A stretch of 51,419 nucleotides of DNA from Acidimicrobiales bacterium (GCA_027366675.1 DAHXND010000180.1:1-51419), one strand, 5' to 3'; shown: positions 28,172 to 37,807, counted from the first letter of the stretch. Notes: generated by a model from the letters alone, not told the origin. Program-made: numbers and translations.

Positions 28172-30058
28172 ATGCTGCACGCCGCCTACCTGATGCCACT
28201 GTTCCCGCTTGCCGGGTTCGCCGTTCTCGCGGTCTTCGGCCGCAAGATTGGGAACCCGCTCGCCGGCTGGCTTGCCACAGGCACGGTCACTGCGTCTTTT
28301 GCCATCGCGCTCGTGACTCTGGCGGGAATGATCGGCGAGCCCGCCTCTCACCGATCCTTCGTGGAGACGCTGTTCACCTGGATCCCGGTGAGCGCGCTGC
28401 ACGTGCAGGTCGGCTTCCTGATCGACCCGCTGTCGCTCGTGATGGTGCTGTTCGTTACAGGGGTGAGCGCGGTCATCCACTGGTACTCGATCGGCTACAT
28501 GGCGCACGACGAGGGCTATGCGAGGTTCTTCGTGTACCTGAACCTGTTCGTAGCCTCCATGCTCATCCTCGTCATGGCGAGCAACCTGGTCTTCACATTC
28601 GTCGGCTGGGAGGGGGTGGGCCTGTGCTCCTACTTCCTGATTGCGTTCTGGTACGACCGGCCAGCGGCAGCGAGCGCCGGGAAGAAGGCGTTCATCATGA
28701 ACAGGGTCGGAGATGCAGGCTTCCTGCTTGCCATGTTCGTGCTGTTCAACGCGCTGCACACACTCTCCATCCCTGCCATCCTGGCTCACCTGGGTGATCT
28801 ATCCACCGGCACGGCCACGGCGGCCGCGCTGCTCCTTTTCCTGGCGGCCACCGGCAAGTCAGCTCAGATACCTCTATTCACCTGGCTGCCTGACGCCATG
28901 GAGGGCCCTACCCCTGTCTCTGCCCTCATACACGCAGCGACCATGGTCACCGCAGGCGTCTACCTCATGGTGCGCATGAGCCCGCTGCTCCATCGGGCGA
29001 CCGATGTATCTGAAGTGATCGCGATCGTCGGGGTAGCTACGGCCTTAGTGGCAGCCACGATCGCCTCCACGCAAAACGATATCAAGAAAGTAATAGCGTA
29101 CTCGACAGTCTCCCAGATCGGCTACATGTTCCTCGCTGTTGGGGTGGGTGCCTACACAGCTGCCATCTTCCTCATGGTGGCTCACGCGTTCTACAAGAGC
29201 CTCCTTTTCCTCTCGGCAGGCTCCGTGATCCATGGGCTCCATGACGAGCAGGACATCAAGAAGATGGGTGGGCTTCGTAAGTTCATGCCCTGGACGTTCG
29301 CTGCGTTCATGGCTGGCTGGCTGGCGATAGCGGGAGTGCCACCGCTCTCGGCGTTCTGGGCGAAGGGCGCAGTTCTGGTCCATGCTTTCAGCTACGACAT
29401 AGGGCTGTGGATCGTGGGAGCGATCACGGCCGTGTTCACCGCTTACTACATGGGCAGGGAGTTCTACATAGTCTTCTACGGGGACGAGCGCTGGCGACGG
29501 CTGGAGGTAATAAAGGGCGATCCACACGAGTCACCATGGGTGATGCGCGGGCCTCTCGTGATCCTCTCCGTGCTTGCTGCGATCGGCGGTCTTCTCGACC
29601 TGCCCTTCCATCCCCACCTCGATTTCCTCTCGAGCTGGCTGGCTCCTGTCGTGGGATCCGTGAGCCGGCACTCGAGCGTGGGAGTCGGCGGCGAGTGGGC
29701 ACTCGCGATCACAGACTCGGTTCTGGCCGTCATAGGCGTAACCCTTGCCTGGCGGCTGTGGAGGGTCACTGCGGACGCACGCCATCTCGAGCCGGCGTTC
29801 CTGCAGCGGGCCTGGCTGGTGGACGAGACCTACGACAAGATCTTCGCCCGTGGAGGGGAAGCACTGGCCGGGTTCCTGGCGAACGTCGTCGAAGCGAAGA
29901 TCATCGATGGCGCCGTGAACGGGACTGCCTCTGGTTTGCGCTGGATGGGTTCGGGCCTTCGCCGGATCCAGACAGGATATGTCAGGAACTACGCGATCGG
30001 TATAGTCCTGGGACTTGTAGCGATACTGGCGTGGATGCTCGTGCGGGCAGGGGTATGA
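28172..30058 (+). CDS. nuoL: NADH-quinone oxidoreductase subunit L
   Basis: GWEGVGLCSYFLI and WLPDAMEGPTPVSALIHAATMVTAGVY. Confidence 0.92.
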   Translation: MLHAAYLMPLFPLAGFAVLAVFGRKIGNPLAGWLATGTVTASFAIALVTLAGMIGEPASHRSFVETLFTWIPVSALHVQVGFLIDPLSLVMVLFVTGVSAVIHWYSIGYMAHDEGYARFFVYLNLFVASMLILVMASNLVFTFVGWEGVGLCSYFLIAFWYDRPAAASAGKKAFIMNRVGDAGFLLAMFVLFNALHTLSIPAILAHLGDLSTGTATAAALLLFLAATGKSAQIPLFTWLPDAMEGPTPVSALIHAATMVTAGVYLMVRMSPLLHRATDVSEVIAIVGVATALVAATIASTQNDIKKVIAYSTVSQIGYMFLAVGVGAYTAAIFLMVAHAFYKSLLFLSAGSVIHGLHDEQDIKKMGGLRKFMPWTFAAFMAGWLAIAGVPPLSAFWAKGAVLVHAFSYDIGLWIVGAITAVFTAYYMGREFYIVFYGDERWRRLEVIKGDPHESPWVMRGPLVILSVLAAIGGLLDLPFHPHLDFLSSWLAPVVGSVSRHSSVGVGGEWALAITDSVLAVIGVTLAWRLWRVTADARHLEPAFLQRAWLVDETYDKIFARGGEALAGFLANVVEAKIIDGAVNGTASGLRWMGSGLRRIQTGYVRNYAIGIVLGLVAILAWMLVRAGV

Positions 30059-30065
30059 AGGCGCT

Positions 30066-31739
30066 ATGACGGCCGAACCCTTCCCGTTCCTGACGGTCAT
30101 CGTCCTTTTGCCCGCCATAGCTGCTGTGGTAGTGGCGGTCGTTCAGAAGGCACCTCGCTGGGTCGCGGAGCTCGCGAGCGCGCTCGCGAGCTTGGCCGTG
30201 CTAGCGCTCGCTGTGACGATAGCTGTCCAGTTCCGCACCCACGATGCCGGCTACCAGATGGTGTCCAGGCACCAGTGGATTCCCGGGCTCGGTATCTCCT
30301 GGGCGCTGGGCGTCGACGGCATATCCCTCTTTCTCGTCGTGCTCACCGCTGTCATCTTCCCGCTCGCCATGCTCGGGGGAAAGGTCCGCCAGCGCCCGGC
30401 GTCATTCCTCGCCTGGATGCTGTTCCTGGAGGCTGCTTGCATAGCCAGCTTCCTCTCCCTCGATCTGATCCTGTTCTTCGTGGCATTCGAGATAACCCTG
30501 GTGCCCGCCTATTTCCTCATAAGTGGTTGGGGTCACGAGAGGCGCGGTTACGCCGCCATAAAGTTCTTCCTCTACACGTTCGTCGGGTCAGCGTTCCTGC
30601 TCGTCGGTATCCTTGCCCTTGCATTCATACACCTCCACCAGACGGGTCACCTCACCTTCGACATCGTCCAGCTTGCTCACACGCATCTCTCGGCCGTGAC
30701 AGGCGATCTGCTCTTCTGGGCTTTCACAGCGGCTTTCGCGGTGAAGGCGCCTCTGTTCCCGCTGCACACATGGTCGCCGGACGCCTACGGCGAGGCACCG
30801 ATCGCAGGCTCGGTGGTTCTGGCTGCCATCCTCGCGAAGCTTGGCACTTATGGCATCATTCGCTTCGACTTGACCCTCTTCCCTCGCGCTACCGTCTCCA
30901 TGGCCCCGGGAATCCTCACCCTGGCCGTGATTGGCATCATCTACGGGGCGCTCGTAGCCGCGAAGTCGAAGGACCTGAAGCGTCTGGTCGCCTACTCATC
31001 ACTCTCGCATATCGGATTTATCGTGTTAGGACTATTCGCCCTCTCTGCCGAGTCTCTTTCGGGCAGTGTTCTCCAGATGATCAACCACGGGATCATCGTG
31101 GCGGCTCTCTTCCTTCTGATCGGCATGATCTACGAGCGACGCGGTACTTGGCAGATACCGAAGCTTCGCGGCCTGCAACGCCCCGCGCCGATCCTGGCGG
31201 CGGTGTTCGTGGTGGTGGTGCTCGCGGCCGTGGGCCTGCCTGGTCTGAACGGGTTCGTGGGGGAGTTCCTGATCCTGATCGGCACCTTCGTCACGCACAG
31301 GTGGTGGGGAGTGGTAGCCGTGGCAGGTGTGGTGCTGTCGGCCGTGTACCTGCTCTGGGCGTACCAGCAGGTCTTCCACGGCAAGCCCGACGGGGAGAAC
31401 GAGCACTTCCACGAGATGCGCTGGCGCGAGGGGTTGCTCATGGTCCCACTTGTCGGCCTGATCGTGTTCCTCGGCATCTACCCGAAGCCAGTTCTCGACC
31501 GCATCGAGCCGACGGTGGACGCGCTGGTGGCCCATGTGGATGCTGCGGCCCATACCCGTCACGGCCCGCACACCCCGTGCCGGGAGCGCTCTGTCCGGTG
31601 TGCTGGACCGAAGGCAACCACGAGGAACCTCGCGCTCGCTCCCCGTAGTGGTGTCACGCCATCCGCCCGTGCCCAGGACAGCACGCACCGAGATGTTATT
31701 GGCACGGCTGCGACCACGGGAAGCGGGGTGGGTGGATGA
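30066..31739 (+). CDS. nuoM: NADH-quinone oxidoreductase subunit M
   Basis: VDGISLFLVVLT, HTWSPDAYGEAP and the antiporter-like core. The last roughly 65 codons are Arg/Cys-rich and non-conserved. Confidence 0.9.
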   Translation: MTAEPFPFLTVIVLLPAIAAVVVAVVQKAPRWVAELASALASLAVLALAVTIAVQFRTHDAGYQMVSRHQWIPGLGISWALGVDGISLFLVVLTAVIFPLAMLGGKVRQRPASFLAWMLFLEAACIASFLSLDLILFFVAFEITLVPAYFLISGWGHERRGYAAIKFFLYTFVGSAFLLVGILALAFIHLHQTGHLTFDIVQLAHTHLSAVTGDLLFWAFTAAFAVKAPLFPLHTWSPDAYGEAPIAGSVVLAAILAKLGTYGIIRFDLTLFPRATVSMAPGILTLAVIGIIYGALVAAKSKDLKRLVAYSSLSHIGFIVLGLFALSAESLSGSVLQMINHGIIVAALFLLIGMIYERRGTWQIPKLRGLQRPAPILAAVFVVVVLAAVGLPGLNGFVGEFLILIGTFVTHRWWGVVAVAGVVLSAVYLLWAYQQVFHGKPDGENEHFHEMRWREGLLMVPLVGLIVFLGIYPKPVLDRIEPTVDALVAHVDAAAHTRHGPHTPCRERSVRCAGPKATTRNLALAPRSGVTPSARAQDSTHRDVIGTAATTGSGVGG

Positions 31740-33397
31740 GCCTCTTCTTCCTCTCGGCGCTGGTCCTACCGAAGATCGCGTGGTCGGCGATCCTGCCCGA
31801 GCTGATCCTGCTCGCGGCCCCTCTCGTGCTGCTCGCCGTCTCGGCGCTCAGCGCCCGCCGGCTCCCGACCGGAGTCTATGCAGGAGGGATGGGAGCAGCG
31901 GGCCTCGCCTCGCTCGGGGCGTCGGTGTGGCTCTGGACGCAGGTGACCCCGCACGGAGCCGGCACCGCCGTGGACGGCGCCATAGCAGTGGATGGCTTCA
32001 GCGTGCTCGTGATGATCCTCGTGAGCTCGGTAGTCGTTCTGGCTGCTCTGATAGGGGAGGGCTACCTACGCCGTGAGGGTATAGGCGGCCCCGAGTACTA
32101 CGTGCTCGCCATGTTCTCGGCTGCCGGCGCGATGCTCATGGCATCTGCTGACGATCTGGTGCTCATCTTCCTGGGGCTCGAGATCATGTCTATAGCGCTG
32201 TACGTGCTCGCCGGCCTGGACGCTCGGCGCCAGGGTTCCGGCGAGGCGGCGATGAAGTACTTCCTTCTCGGAGCATTCTCGTCTGCCATATTCCTGTATG
32301 GCATTGCTCTGGTCTACGGAGCCACCGGATCGACGAACCTTCCCCAGATAGCCGATTTCCTCGCTCATAACGTGGCGAGCTCCGACGGGCTCCTGCTCGC
32401 GGGAATGGCGCTTCTCCTGGTCGGCTTCTTCTTCAAGATCGCTGCAGTGCCCTTCCACATGTGGACGCCCGACGTGTACCAGGGCTCTCCCACCCCCGTT
32501 ACAGGGTTCATGGCGGCAGTAGCGAAGGCGGGAGGCTTCGCTGCGCTGCTGCGCGTCTTCTTCGCTTCCTTCGGCCTCCTGCGTGATGACTGGCAACCCG
32601 TTATCTGGCTGGTCGCAGTCGTGACCCTGCTCGTGGGCGCGGTGCTGGCCCTCGTGCAGCGCGACGTGAAGCGCATGCTCGCGTATTCCTCGATCAATCA
32701 CGCAGGGTTTATCTTGGTGGGACTCGAGGCGGCGACCACGAGGGGCATAGCGGCATCGCTCTACTACCTGTTCGTCTACGGCTTCATGGTGGTGGGAACC
32801 TTCGCTGTTGTAACGGTAATAGCCAGGCGCGGTGATGAGGCTCATGATCTGGGCTCCTATCGCGGCTTGGCTCAGCGCCAGCCGTTCCTGGCAGCCATGC
32901 TGGCTCTGCTCTTGCTGGCCCAGGCCGGGGTGCCACTTACGACCGGCTTCCTGGCGAAGCTGTACATCATCTCGGCTGCGGTGGAGGCCCACTCCTACGC
33001 GCTCGCCGTGATCGCCATGGTGTCTGCTGCGATAGCAGCCTTCTTCTACCTCCGTGTGGTCGTGCTCATGTACGCAGGAGCGAAGTCGGGTGTCGGGCTG
33101 CCTGCCCCGCTCGCTGCCACCGGGGCTGGCGAGGGCGCAGGCTCAGGGGAGCTGAGCCCAGTAGCTGCTTACGGGCCTGGAGCGGCCAGCGCTGCCGAGC
33201 TGGAGGGTGATCGCCCGGAAGCTTCTCGCCCGGATGGCGCGGGCGGCGGGGAAGGCCACGGCGAGCCTGATGCAGCTGGCGTTCCTGCCACGATCGCGCT
33301 GGCTATAGCCTTATGCGCAGGTTTCACGCTGCTCTTCGGTATCTGGGCCCAGCCGGTCGTGGAGCTGGCACGCCAGGCCACGTTGCTGTTCCACTGA
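31736..33397 (+). CDS. nuoN: NADH-quinone oxidoreductase subunit N
   Basis: ILPELILL, PFHMWTPDVYQGSPTPVT and the KRMLAYSSINHAG region. ATGA overlap with nuoM. Confidence 0.92.
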   Translation: MSLFFLSALVLPKIAWSAILPELILLAAPLVLLAVSALSARRLPTGVYAGGMGAAGLASLGASVWLWTQVTPHGAGTAVDGAIAVDGFSVLVMILVSSVVVLAALIGEGYLRREGIGGPEYYVLAMFSAAGAMLMASADDLVLIFLGLEIMSIALYVLAGLDARRQGSGEAAMKYFLLGAFSSAIFLYGIALVYGATGSTNLPQIADFLAHNVASSDGLLLAGMALLLVGFFFKIAAVPFHMWTPDVYQGSPTPVTGFMAAVAKAGGFAALLRVFFASFGLLRDDWQPVIWLVAVVTLLVGAVLALVQRDVKRMLAYSSINHAGFILVGLEAATTRGIAASLYYLFVYGFMVVGTFAVVTVIARRGDEAHDLGSYRGLAQRQPFLAAMLALLLLAQAGVPLTTGFLAKLYIISAAVEAHSYALAVIAMVSAAIAAFFYLRVVVLMYAGAKSGVGLPAPLAATGAGEGAGSGELSPVAAYGPGAASAAELEGDRPEASRPDGAGGGEGHGEPDAAGVPATIALAIALCAGFTLLFGIWAQPVVELARQATLLFH

Positions 33398-33434
33398 GAG
33401 GAGCTGGCCAGCACCAGGCTGAACCGGTCGCCGG

Positions 33435-34148
33435 CTACGCCTTTGCCGCCGGGCTGGCCTTGTCACCAGGAAGGTAGGGCGCGATCGCAGCGGCGAGCAC
33501 CGGGAGTGGCATCGTCTGGAGCCAGACGGTGCCAGGACCGCTCAGGGCCACCAGGTGGAACCCGTCGGCACCGAAGAGCTTGTTCGCGATCCCCGGCACG
33601 CGGGTGATCTGGAAGCTCACGCTGTCCTGGAACACCCCGACGTGGCCCGGGTGGACGAGGATGCTCTGGCCCGCTGCGAGGTCGTAGGTGATGGTCTCGC
33701 CCGCCAGCTCCACCCACGCGGTGCCTTCCCCTTCGAGCTTCTCCAGGATGAAACCCTCGCCTCCCCACAGGCCGCCCCTGAAGCTCTGCTGCAACCCGAT
33801 CGATGGAACGACGCCGGGGGTAGCGCACAACCAGCCGTGCCGGTGGACGAGGAAACCCGCACCGGGGGCGACCGTCACCGGGAATATCCTCCCGGGAAGC
33901 TTCGCCGCGAAGGCGACGATTGCCTGGCCTCCACTGGCCTCGTAGCGGGTGAGGAACACTCCCCCGCCGCCCATGGCGCGCTTGATCCCAGCCATGACCC
34001 CGTGCTTGCCTCCGGTGCCCACGGTCTGGGACATCTGCATGTTGGGCCACATCCACGCGAGCTCGCCGTGCGTGGATATGACCTGCTCGCCCTGGTCGAG
34101 GACCACCTCCAGCACCGGGAGAGTCGACCCCTTCACGTCTGCCTGCAC
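33435..34148 (-). CDS. TIGR00266 / AIM24-family protein (DUF124)
   Basis: VLEVVLDQGEQVISTHGELAWM, GGGGVFLTRYEA, GEGFILEKLEGEG and VWLQTMPL are characteristic of the AIM24 double-psi-like family. Confidence 0.7.
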   Translation of the reverse strand: MQADVKGSTLPVLEVVLDQGEQVISTHGELAWMWPNMQMSQTVGTGGKHGVMAGIKRAMGGGGVFLTRYEASGGQAIVAFAAKLPGRIFPVTVAPGAGFLVHRHGWLCATPGVVPSIGLQQSFRGGLWGGEGFILEKLEGEGTAWVELAGETITYDLAAGQSILVHPGHVGVFQDSVSFQITRVPGIANKLFGADGFHLVALSGPGTVWLQTMPLPVLAAAIAPYLPGDKASPAAKA

Positions 34149-34234
34149 TTGCGTCTCCCTTCCCGGCGGGGCTCCCCCCTAGACCGGACACTGTTTATCC
34201 TACGCTCCGATGCTGCAATGACTCCTCGTGCTCT

Positions 34235-34423
34235 GTGGGTGACATCTGTGAGTGACATGTGGTCAAGAGGACTGTGAAATCTTTCGATACTATACCATAC
34301 GATCCACTGGAATATCGCTAGCCGCGCCTGCTCTTTCGTGGCCAGACGGGTGTCATGGACGGGTCCTCGCTTCAACGATGGCCACAGGCTTTCGGCCATT
34401 GCGTTGTCGTATGAGTCGCCGAC
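34235..34423 (-). pseudogene. IS3-family transposase remnant (only the C-terminal roughly 63 codons of the DDE integrase core)
   Basis: VGDSYDNAMAESLWPSLKRGPVHDTRLATKEQARLAIFQWIVWYSIERFHSPLDHMSLTD corresponds to the conserved end of IS3/IS6110-type OrfB (GDSYDNA.AE...LK.E......A...I..WI.W.N..R.HS.L). Everything upstream is missing, because the M50 protease gene starts at 34433. Confidence 0.6.
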
Positions 34424-34432
34424 CCGTAGGCT

Positions 34433-35764
34433 GTGGGGGTGCTGGTTCGGGGACATCGCATTCGCCTGGGCACGGTGCTCGGCTTTCCCGTCGAGATAAC
34501 TTCCTCATGGTTCCTCCTCGTAGTCATAGTGGTATGGAGTTTCTGGGTGCGCTACGCGTTGGAGTTCCACCATAAGACAGATGGTGTAGGCGTGGTGATG
34601 GCGATCGTGGCGACGGTCATCTTCCTCGGATCCGTGTTCGTCCACGAGCTGGCGCACGCTGTGGTGGCTCGCCGGAGAGGCATGGCCGTTACCGGTATAA
34701 CGCTCTACATCTTCGGAGGCGCCACGAGCGCGGGCGACCCGAAGAAGCCAGGTGACGAGTTCCTCATGACCGCAGCCGGCCCGCTTGTGAACTTCGTTGC
34801 CGCTCTGGTCCTGTGGGGGATAACCATTGCAGCTACCCACGGGCACCTGGCGGAGGTAGCGGAGGTATCAGGCGAGGCAGCCTGGCTGAACCTCCTGCTG
34901 GGAGCGTTCAACATAGTTCCGGCCTCTCCCCTGGACGGGGGGCACCTGCTCGAGGCGGTGGCGTGGCGGGTAAAGGGGTCACGTCCGAAGGCGATCCTCA
35001 TCGCGGCTGGTGCTGGAACGGTCCTGGGGTGGCTCCTGCTCGCGGCTGGCTTCTTCGAGCTCCTCTTCGTCACGGGAGGGCTGTTCGAGGGGCTATGGAT
35101 CGGGCTTATCGGGTTCATGCTGCTCGAGGGGGCCCGCTCGGAGAAGATGCGAGGATGGGTGGAAGGTGTGCTGGAGAACAAGCCCGCCTGGTACCTGCTA
35201 ACGGAGCACGCGGCCCCTGTCACCCCGGAGACGTCCATAGGCTGGCTGATAGGCGCTGAGCTCGTGCGCCACCACGTGGACGCTGTGCCGGTGGTGGACT
35301 CGAATCATGTGGCTGGAGTGGTGCTCGCGCAGGACGCGCTGTCCATCCCGCCGGCCGAGCGGTTCGGGCGCGTGGCGAAGGACGTCATGCGCCCGGTTAC
35401 CGACCTCCCCTGGGCGCGGGCCAGCGGTAAGGCCATGGATGTGCTCCGCCAGCTTGCCGAGCACCCGATCATTCTTCTGGTGGACGACAGGGGTGGGGCC
35501 GTTGGCGTGGTGAGCGAGCGCCAGGTTGGAGCCGTTCTCGAGCGCCTGCGTCTCCTGGACCAGCGTGGCGGCCAGCCCAGATCGGCGGGCCAGTTCGGGC
35601 CGTCAGGCTCATGGGACCAGTGGCAGCCAGGGGCAGGGTGGCAGCCGGGGACAGGGTGGCAGCCAGGATCCGGACCCCAGCCGGGATCTCCGTGGGATCA
35701 GGGACCACCAGGCCAGGACCGCCCGAAGCAGGATCCTCCTGGCAAGGATCCGGGAGCAGGCTGA
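34433..35764 (+). CDS. Site-2 (M50) zinc metalloprotease with CBS domain pair
   Basis: HELAHAVVARR (HExxH), FNIVPASPLDGGH (NxxPxxxLDG) and a C-terminal CBS-like region (VDAVPVVDSNHVAGVV...ILLVDDRGGAVGVVS). The tail has WQPG(A/T/S)G repeats (18-nt units, 35621-35692). GTG start. Confidence 0.8.
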   Translation: MGVLVRGHRIRLGTVLGFPVEITSSWFLLVVIVVWSFWVRYALEFHHKTDGVGVVMAIVATVIFLGSVFVHELAHAVVARRRGMAVTGITLYIFGGATSAGDPKKPGDEFLMTAAGPLVNFVAALVLWGITIAATHGHLAEVAEVSGEAAWLNLLLGAFNIVPASPLDGGHLLEAVAWRVKGSRPKAILIAAGAGTVLGWLLLAAGFFELLFVTGGLFEGLWIGLIGFMLLEGARSEKMRGWVEGVLENKPAWYLLTEHAAPVTPETSIGWLIGAELVRHHVDAVPVVDSNHVAGVVLAQDALSIPPAERFGRVAKDVMRPVTDLPWARASGKAMDVLRQLAEHPIILLVDDRGGAVGVVSERQVGAVLERLRLLDQRGGQPRSAGQFGPSGSWDQWQPGAGWQPGTGWQPGSGPQPGSPWDQGPPGQDRPKQDPPGKDPGAG

Positions 35765-35870
35765 GCCCGCGTAGCACCTCGCGGCCAGGGCACGGTTCGC
35801 TGGAGGTTCCTTCGACCGTGGTGCTGCGACCCTGGTGCTGCGCTTCGGTCTGTACGGCGCTTCTGGCTGC

Positions 35871-36887
35871 TCAGACCGCTGGAACGGCCGTCTTCACTAT
35901 GGCGCCTGATGGCCGCATGACATGCCAGATCCCATCGAACTGATCCAGGTTCTGGCCGGCCAGGTCGCCAGGAGCGGTGTCCGTAGCGTAGTGGTAGAGC
36001 GGCCACCCGTTATATGTGAGCTCCTCACTCCCGCTCGGCCGCCTCACCTCCCCGACCAGGGAGCGCTGTATGCCGGGCCCGAAGCGCGATTCGCTCAGCG
36101 GTTTCTTGGTGAGCACCGGAGGCCACAGAGCCGTGCAGGCCCCGTGAGGGCAGTTGCTCCTGACCCCTCGCTGGTCACGGGTGAACATGAACACAGACAG
36201 CCCGGACCCTGTGGTGACGATGGTGCCAACTTTGGTCTTACGCGTGGAAAGCGCGTAGGGCGAGCTTGCCGAGCTGCTTGCGGAGCTGGAGGAGCCACAC
36301 GCTGCGAGAAGGCATGCAGCCAGAACTATCACAGCGAGTGGCGTTATGGTAAGGCGTGAAGCCTTGTCCTGGCTGGTGGCCGCATGGCTCTGGCCGTGAT
36401 CACTGACGGCAGAAGTCGCCGCAGGCGTGTAGGGGGAAGCGCCTGGCGCATCCGGAGAGCCTCCCCTGCCGGTACGGCCAGCTCCCAGGTAGCGACCGAG
36501 CAGCCCAGAGTGCTCGGCTGTGGATCCCCACACCGACCAGGCCAGCAGGGTGGTGGCGCCGATCACTTCTGACGCGATCGCGATCCCCCCCGAGTACGAG
36601 ATGCCTGGTTCGTGGAAGCCGAAAAGCACGGACTCGACAGCATATATGTACGCCCCGAGCGCACCTAGGCACATGAGTCCCGACGCGAGTGCCACCAGCC
36701 TGAGCGGGTATAGGGCGAGCAGGATGGCCAGCAAGAACGAGGAGATCACCAGCGCCAGGAACATCCAGCCGACCGTGGGTATGGCATCGTACTGCTCTCG
36801 CGCATACAGATTCAGGTGATCGACGGCTATGACGACCAGCATGGCTATCCCTACCCACAGCGCAGCGTGTCTGGTGTTCCGGGGCAT
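35871..36887 (-). CDS. Fusion of a 4-TM membrane domain to a lipobox-bearing COG4315 (Yx[FWY]xxD-motif secreted repeat, PF03640-like) domain
   Basis: The N-terminal roughly 120 aa form four hydrophobic helices. Then comes LTITPLAVIVLAACLLAACGSSS, a signal-peptide-like segment with an L-A-A-C lipobox. The C-terminal part carries CPHGACTALWPP and TYNGWPLYHYATDTAPGDLAGQ...GIWHV. No in-frame ATG, GTG or TTG precedes the internal lipobox segment. Confidence 0.6.
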   Translation of the reverse strand: MPRNTRHAALWVGIAMLVVIAVDHLNLYAREQYDAIPTVGWMFLALVISSFLLAILLALYPLRLVALASGLMCLGALGAYIYAVESVLFGFHEPGISYSGGIAIASEVIGATTLLAWSVWGSTAEHSGLLGRYLGAGRTGRGGSPDAPGASPYTPAATSAVSDHGQSHAATSQDKASRLTITPLAVIVLAACLLAACGSSSSASSSASSPYALSTRKTKVGTIVTTGSGLSVFMFTRDQRGVRSNCPHGACTALWPPVLTKKPLSESRFGPGIQRSLVGEVRRPSGSEELTYNGWPLYHYATDTAPGDLAGQNLDQFDGIWHVMRPSGAIVKTAVPAV

Positions 36888-36988
36888 GGGTACATTTCAG
36901 CATACGGCCTTGTCCCGGTCAGAGCGCGGGAGTCGACCCTCGCACTTGCTCAGCCAGTTCGTTCAGCGCTCTGACCCAGCCAGGGAGA

Positions 36989-37807
36989 TCAACTCGCGAA
37001 TGCCGTCTCGGCGTGGGCCTCTGCCGGGTCGTCGGATTCTGCCATCTCGTCCATCTGGATCGGTCCTTCGGTGCGACCGGCCAGGAACTGCTCTATGACG
37101 GGATCGGTGCTTGCCATCATCGCTTCCTTGGGGCCGAAGCCCACCAGGTGGGAGCGAAAGAGGATCCCGAGGAAGTCTGCTGTTCTGCTCACCGATTGGA
37201 TGTTGTGTGTGATGATGAAGAAGGTTGCTTTTGTGGCAGCCTGCGCTGTCACGACCAGCTCGTCCAGGTATGCAACGCGCACTGGATCGAGTCCGGAGTC
37301 CGGCTCGTCGAACAGGACTATCTCGGGCTCCATGACAAGCGCGCGCGCCAAGCCGGCGCGCTTGCGCATTCCTCCGGAGATCTCTCCCGGAAGCTTGTCC
37401 AGATGGTCGCCGAGCCCGACTATGGACGCATAGTGCATCACGATGTTCCTTATGGAACGCTCGTTGTTCTTCGTGTGCTCGCGCAGTGGAAATGCGATAT
37501 TGTCGTAGATGGGCATGGAGCCGAACAGGGCTCCATCCTGGAATAGCACGCCGAACTTGCGTCGCACCCGGTAGAGATCCTTCGTTCGCATGCCGACCAG
37601 TGGCTCTCCGTCTACCCATATCTGCCCGCTATCTGGCATGAGCAAGCCGAGGATGTGCTTCAGCAGGACGGACTTGCCGGTGCCGGAGGGCCCGAGAATA
37701 GCCGTGATGCGACCCTTCGGGATGTCGAAGGTGACATCGTCCAGGACAAGGTGGCTTCCGAACGCCTTGGTCAGCCCTTTGATGCTGATGATGGGCGTGG
37801 GTGGCAT
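36989..37807 (-). CDS. mceG: Mce-associated ABC transporter ATPase (MceG/Mkl, MlaF-like)
   Basis: Walker A GPSGTGKS, Q-loop FQDGALF, signature LPGEISGGMRKR and Walker B IVLFDEPDSGLD. ATG 37807 (GGAGA SD upstream) was chosen. The track ORF extends to 38005 but would run into the neighbouring gene. Confidence 0.85.
   Translation of the reverse strand: MPPTPIISIKGLTKAFGSHLVLDDVTFDIPKGRITAILGPSGTGKSVLLKHILGLLMPDSGQIWVDGEPLVGMRTKDLYRVRRKFGVLFQDGALFGSMPIYDNIAFPLREHTKNNERSIRNIVMHYASIVGLGDHLDKLPGEISGGMRKRAGLARALVMEPEIVLFDEPDSGLDPVRVAYLDELVVTAQAATKATFFIITHNIQSVSRTADFLGILFRSHLVGFGPKEAMMASTDPVIEQFLAGRTEGPIQMDEMAESDDPAEAHAETAFAS

Noticed and set aside
34272-34289. Rex operator-like sequence cTGTGAAatctTTCgAtA. 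A second possible site, tgtgctttcacc, lies at 16851-16862 upstream of nuoA.
   Set aside because: At 34272 only the left half-site matches TTGTGAA-N4-TTCACAA, and the right half has three mismatches. The nuoA-proximal sequence has the wrong half-site spacing. No canonical Rex operator was seen upstream of rex, hemA or nuoA.
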